A stretch of DNA of 64,000 nucleotides from Coniocarpon cinnabarinum. Taxonomy: Eukaryota. The notes under the pieces were generated by a model that saw nothing but the letters and a program-made list of their open reading frames with translations, was not told where the DNA came from and made no database searches. The position numbers and the translations under genes were made by a program. The DNA is taken from positions 186,001 through 250,000 of the forward strand of contig JAVECO010000001.1 of the NCBI GenBank assembly GCA_051942205.1. Reading direction: 5' to 3'. Within the stretch, counting starts at the first letter, position 1; the number at the start of each line of letters is the position of its first letter. Positions 62,314-64,000 of the stretch are shown here, one piece after another.

Positions 62314-63792
62314 TCAGCCGCCGGGCACTTTGAGCCAGTCGCTCCAGCTTCCCCGTCTCAGACCGTTCCCGTCCCCTGTCACCAGGATGCCCTTCCACAG
62401 CCCTTGACCGCTCTCATATATCCTCTTGGATGCCATCTGACAGCAATCTGGGTCTCTATAGTCCAACACACGCGAGAGCCAAATAGGCTTTCCTTCGTCT
62501 GTGCCTGGCTTGTCAACCACGAAACCGGCATGTCGCACGACGCCAATGTGGCTTGTGTTGATGCTCTGATTTTCCGCAATGCCTGGACATTGATGGCCGA
62601 AGTAGGCGAGCTCCATTTTTCCGCCAGACCATTCGAAAATCGCGTCGCGAATGAGGGTTTGCGCTGGTGTCATGGCTGAAGGTTGATCGACACACAGTGT
62701 CAGAGTCGAGCGAACCGCGTTCCAATCGTCTTTCCACACTTTGCCGGTTTTCCTGCCATTCTTGCCTTTCAGGTTTCTCATGTGAAACGCAATCTCATCG
62801 TTGATACGCTGACCAACACTCTTTCTGGCTTGCTGACGTCTAGCCTCGGTCAGATGGCTGGCTATGCGGTCGAGCTCAGGATTCGTGGGGATGTTGGCAA
62901 CATAGCAGTGCTGAGCATCCAGCTCAAAGTATATGCCAAGGGAATGGCGGATCTCGCCGATACCGATTGGTGCCCCCTTTGCGAATCCCATGTCTAGCAC
63001 AGTCGACCTAAGGTCAATAGTCAGTACAAAGTTTCTCGATATCGCGGAGGACATCACGAGAGGCACCCACCACGTTACTCCGCACTCGCGGAAAGAGCGG
63101 ACAGGCCTATCGCCCATTTTGGATCGCAGCGATTCAATGGCCACGCCAGCAAAAATTTGCGGTATGGGAGGAACTCCTGGTGGTTTGCTTGTTGCTGCAT
63201 CCTTGTCTTTCTTTGAAGCATTCGATTTGGTTAGCTTCGAAGTATTGTTTGCTGAAGTACGGCGAAGTCTTAATTTCAAGCCGCTGCCCGATTTCGGAGC
63301 TGTCTTTCGAGGCATTCTGCTTTTTGAAGATACAGCGTTGGATGATGACGCAGTGGCAGGCGTTGATCTAAGGATGGGAGGTGGAGGCAGAGGCAAATTG
63401 CGCGTCGGACCGGAGATTTGCGCTTCACCTCCGTATCTGCTTTCATTAGTTGACCCATGATATGGATGAGCATTGCAATTGTAATGTGTTGAAGCATTGG
63501 GAAATGTTCTCATTGGCCACACTGTCGATCCACGAGGTATGTCTCCTGTCATGCAAAGTTCTGAAGAGTACCGTCCGGGTGGCAGGTAGGTGACATTGTT
63601 GAATTGCTGTGGCACGTGCTGCATATGGTAGCCTACAAACGCTTGCGTTAGTTCATGCCAAGATTGGAAAAAGTGTTGCATCTGATAGTATACTTTGGTG
63701 GAAAGGAAACTGAGATGCCGTGATTTGCGGCTGCGGAGCGAACCCGTAAGGATAGTAAAAGCTGCCAGGCGCTGGGAGTTCTGTAAGCTCAT
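62314..63792 (-). CDS. Hypothetical protein (true start possibly an internal Met)
   Basis: 492-codon uninterrupted ORF: Pro/Ser/Lys-rich middle region, then a ~270-aa globular-looking C-terminal domain. Confidence 0.6.
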   Translation of the reverse strand: MSLQNSQRLAAFTILTGSLRSRKSRHLSFLSTKVYYQMQHFFQSWHELTQAFVGYHMQHVPQQFNNVTYLPPGRYSSELCMTGDIPRGSTVWPMRTFPNASTHYNCNAHPYHGSTNESRYGGEAQISGPTRNLPLPPPPILRSTPATASSSNAVSSKSRMPRKTAPKSGSGLKLRLRRTSANNTSKLTKSNASKKDKDAATSKPPGVPPIPQIFAGVAIESLRSKMGDRPVRSFRECGVTWWVPLVMSSAISRNFVLTIDLRSTVLDMGFAKGAPIGIGEIRHSLGIYFELDAQHCYVANIPTNPELDRIASHLTEARRQQARKSVGQRINDEIAFHMRNLKGKNGRKTGKVWKDDWNAVRSTLTLCVDQPSAMTPAQTLIRDAIFEWSGGKMELAYFGHQCPGIAENQSINTSHIGVVRHAGFVVDKPGTDEGKPIWLSRVLDYRDPDCCQMASKRIYESGQGLWKGILVTGDGNGLRRGSWSDWLKVPGG

Positions 63793-64000
63793 TTTGTGTG
63801 CCCGTTCCGTCTTTGTTTATCGAGCGTTAACATGCACATCTTCTTAGAAAGGGTTTCAAGACTCACAGTGGTTCTGAAAAGCGGCGAGTCTACTACTGAG
63901 GTTGCCTGACGCTGTAGGCCAAGTCGCGAGTGGAGGCATTCGGAGTGGATCTTGAGCATTAGGGTCTTCCAGAACGTTGTGCATGCCTGGAAACCTGGCA

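Noticed and set aside
1..64000. tRNA, rRNA, TPP riboswitch, CRISPR array, transposase or LTR
   Set aside because: No cloverleaf, conserved rRNA or riboswitch motifs, repeat-spacer array, or transposase/reverse transcriptase ORF seen by eye; a covariance-model scan would be needed to exclude small RNAs.

Overview
Gene-dense eukaryotic DNA from a filamentous ascomycete fungus (Pezizomycotina-type GT-AG introns with CTRAY branch points); no prokaryotic, CRISPR, tRNA/rRNA or transposon features are supported. The first 14 kb is almost entirely one giant, 5'-truncated gene for a >4,200-aa Ser/Thr/Gly/Ala mucin-like protein with two WSC domains. The remaining 50 kb holds about 25 mostly housekeeping genes whose exons I reconstructed by hand: an ACS-family MFS transporter, a PLOD-type glycosyltransferase-like membrane protein, FCY1, MDE1, RRF1, a Zn2Cys6 factor, a DsbA-like CxxS protein, MPD1-like PDI, VTA1, RFC2, GIT1, an AhpD-like protein, a PWI/RS splicing factor, a D-2-hydroxyacid dehydrogenase, a CE16 esterase, a polo-like kinase, dynamitin, ALG12, TEL2, ATG14-like, ZRC1 and several orphans. 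I found no clear multi-gene novel system. The best leads are the giant modular WSC mucin (probable 1.3-kb intron, distinct repeat zones, no visible C-terminal anchor), a polo kinase with no polo-box domain, the collagen-glycosyltransferase-like protein, an orphan with a possibly degenerate CheD/NTAN1-like motif pattern, a GC-AG intron in the splicing factor and a 15-nt microexon. All family calls come from motif recognition, not database searches.
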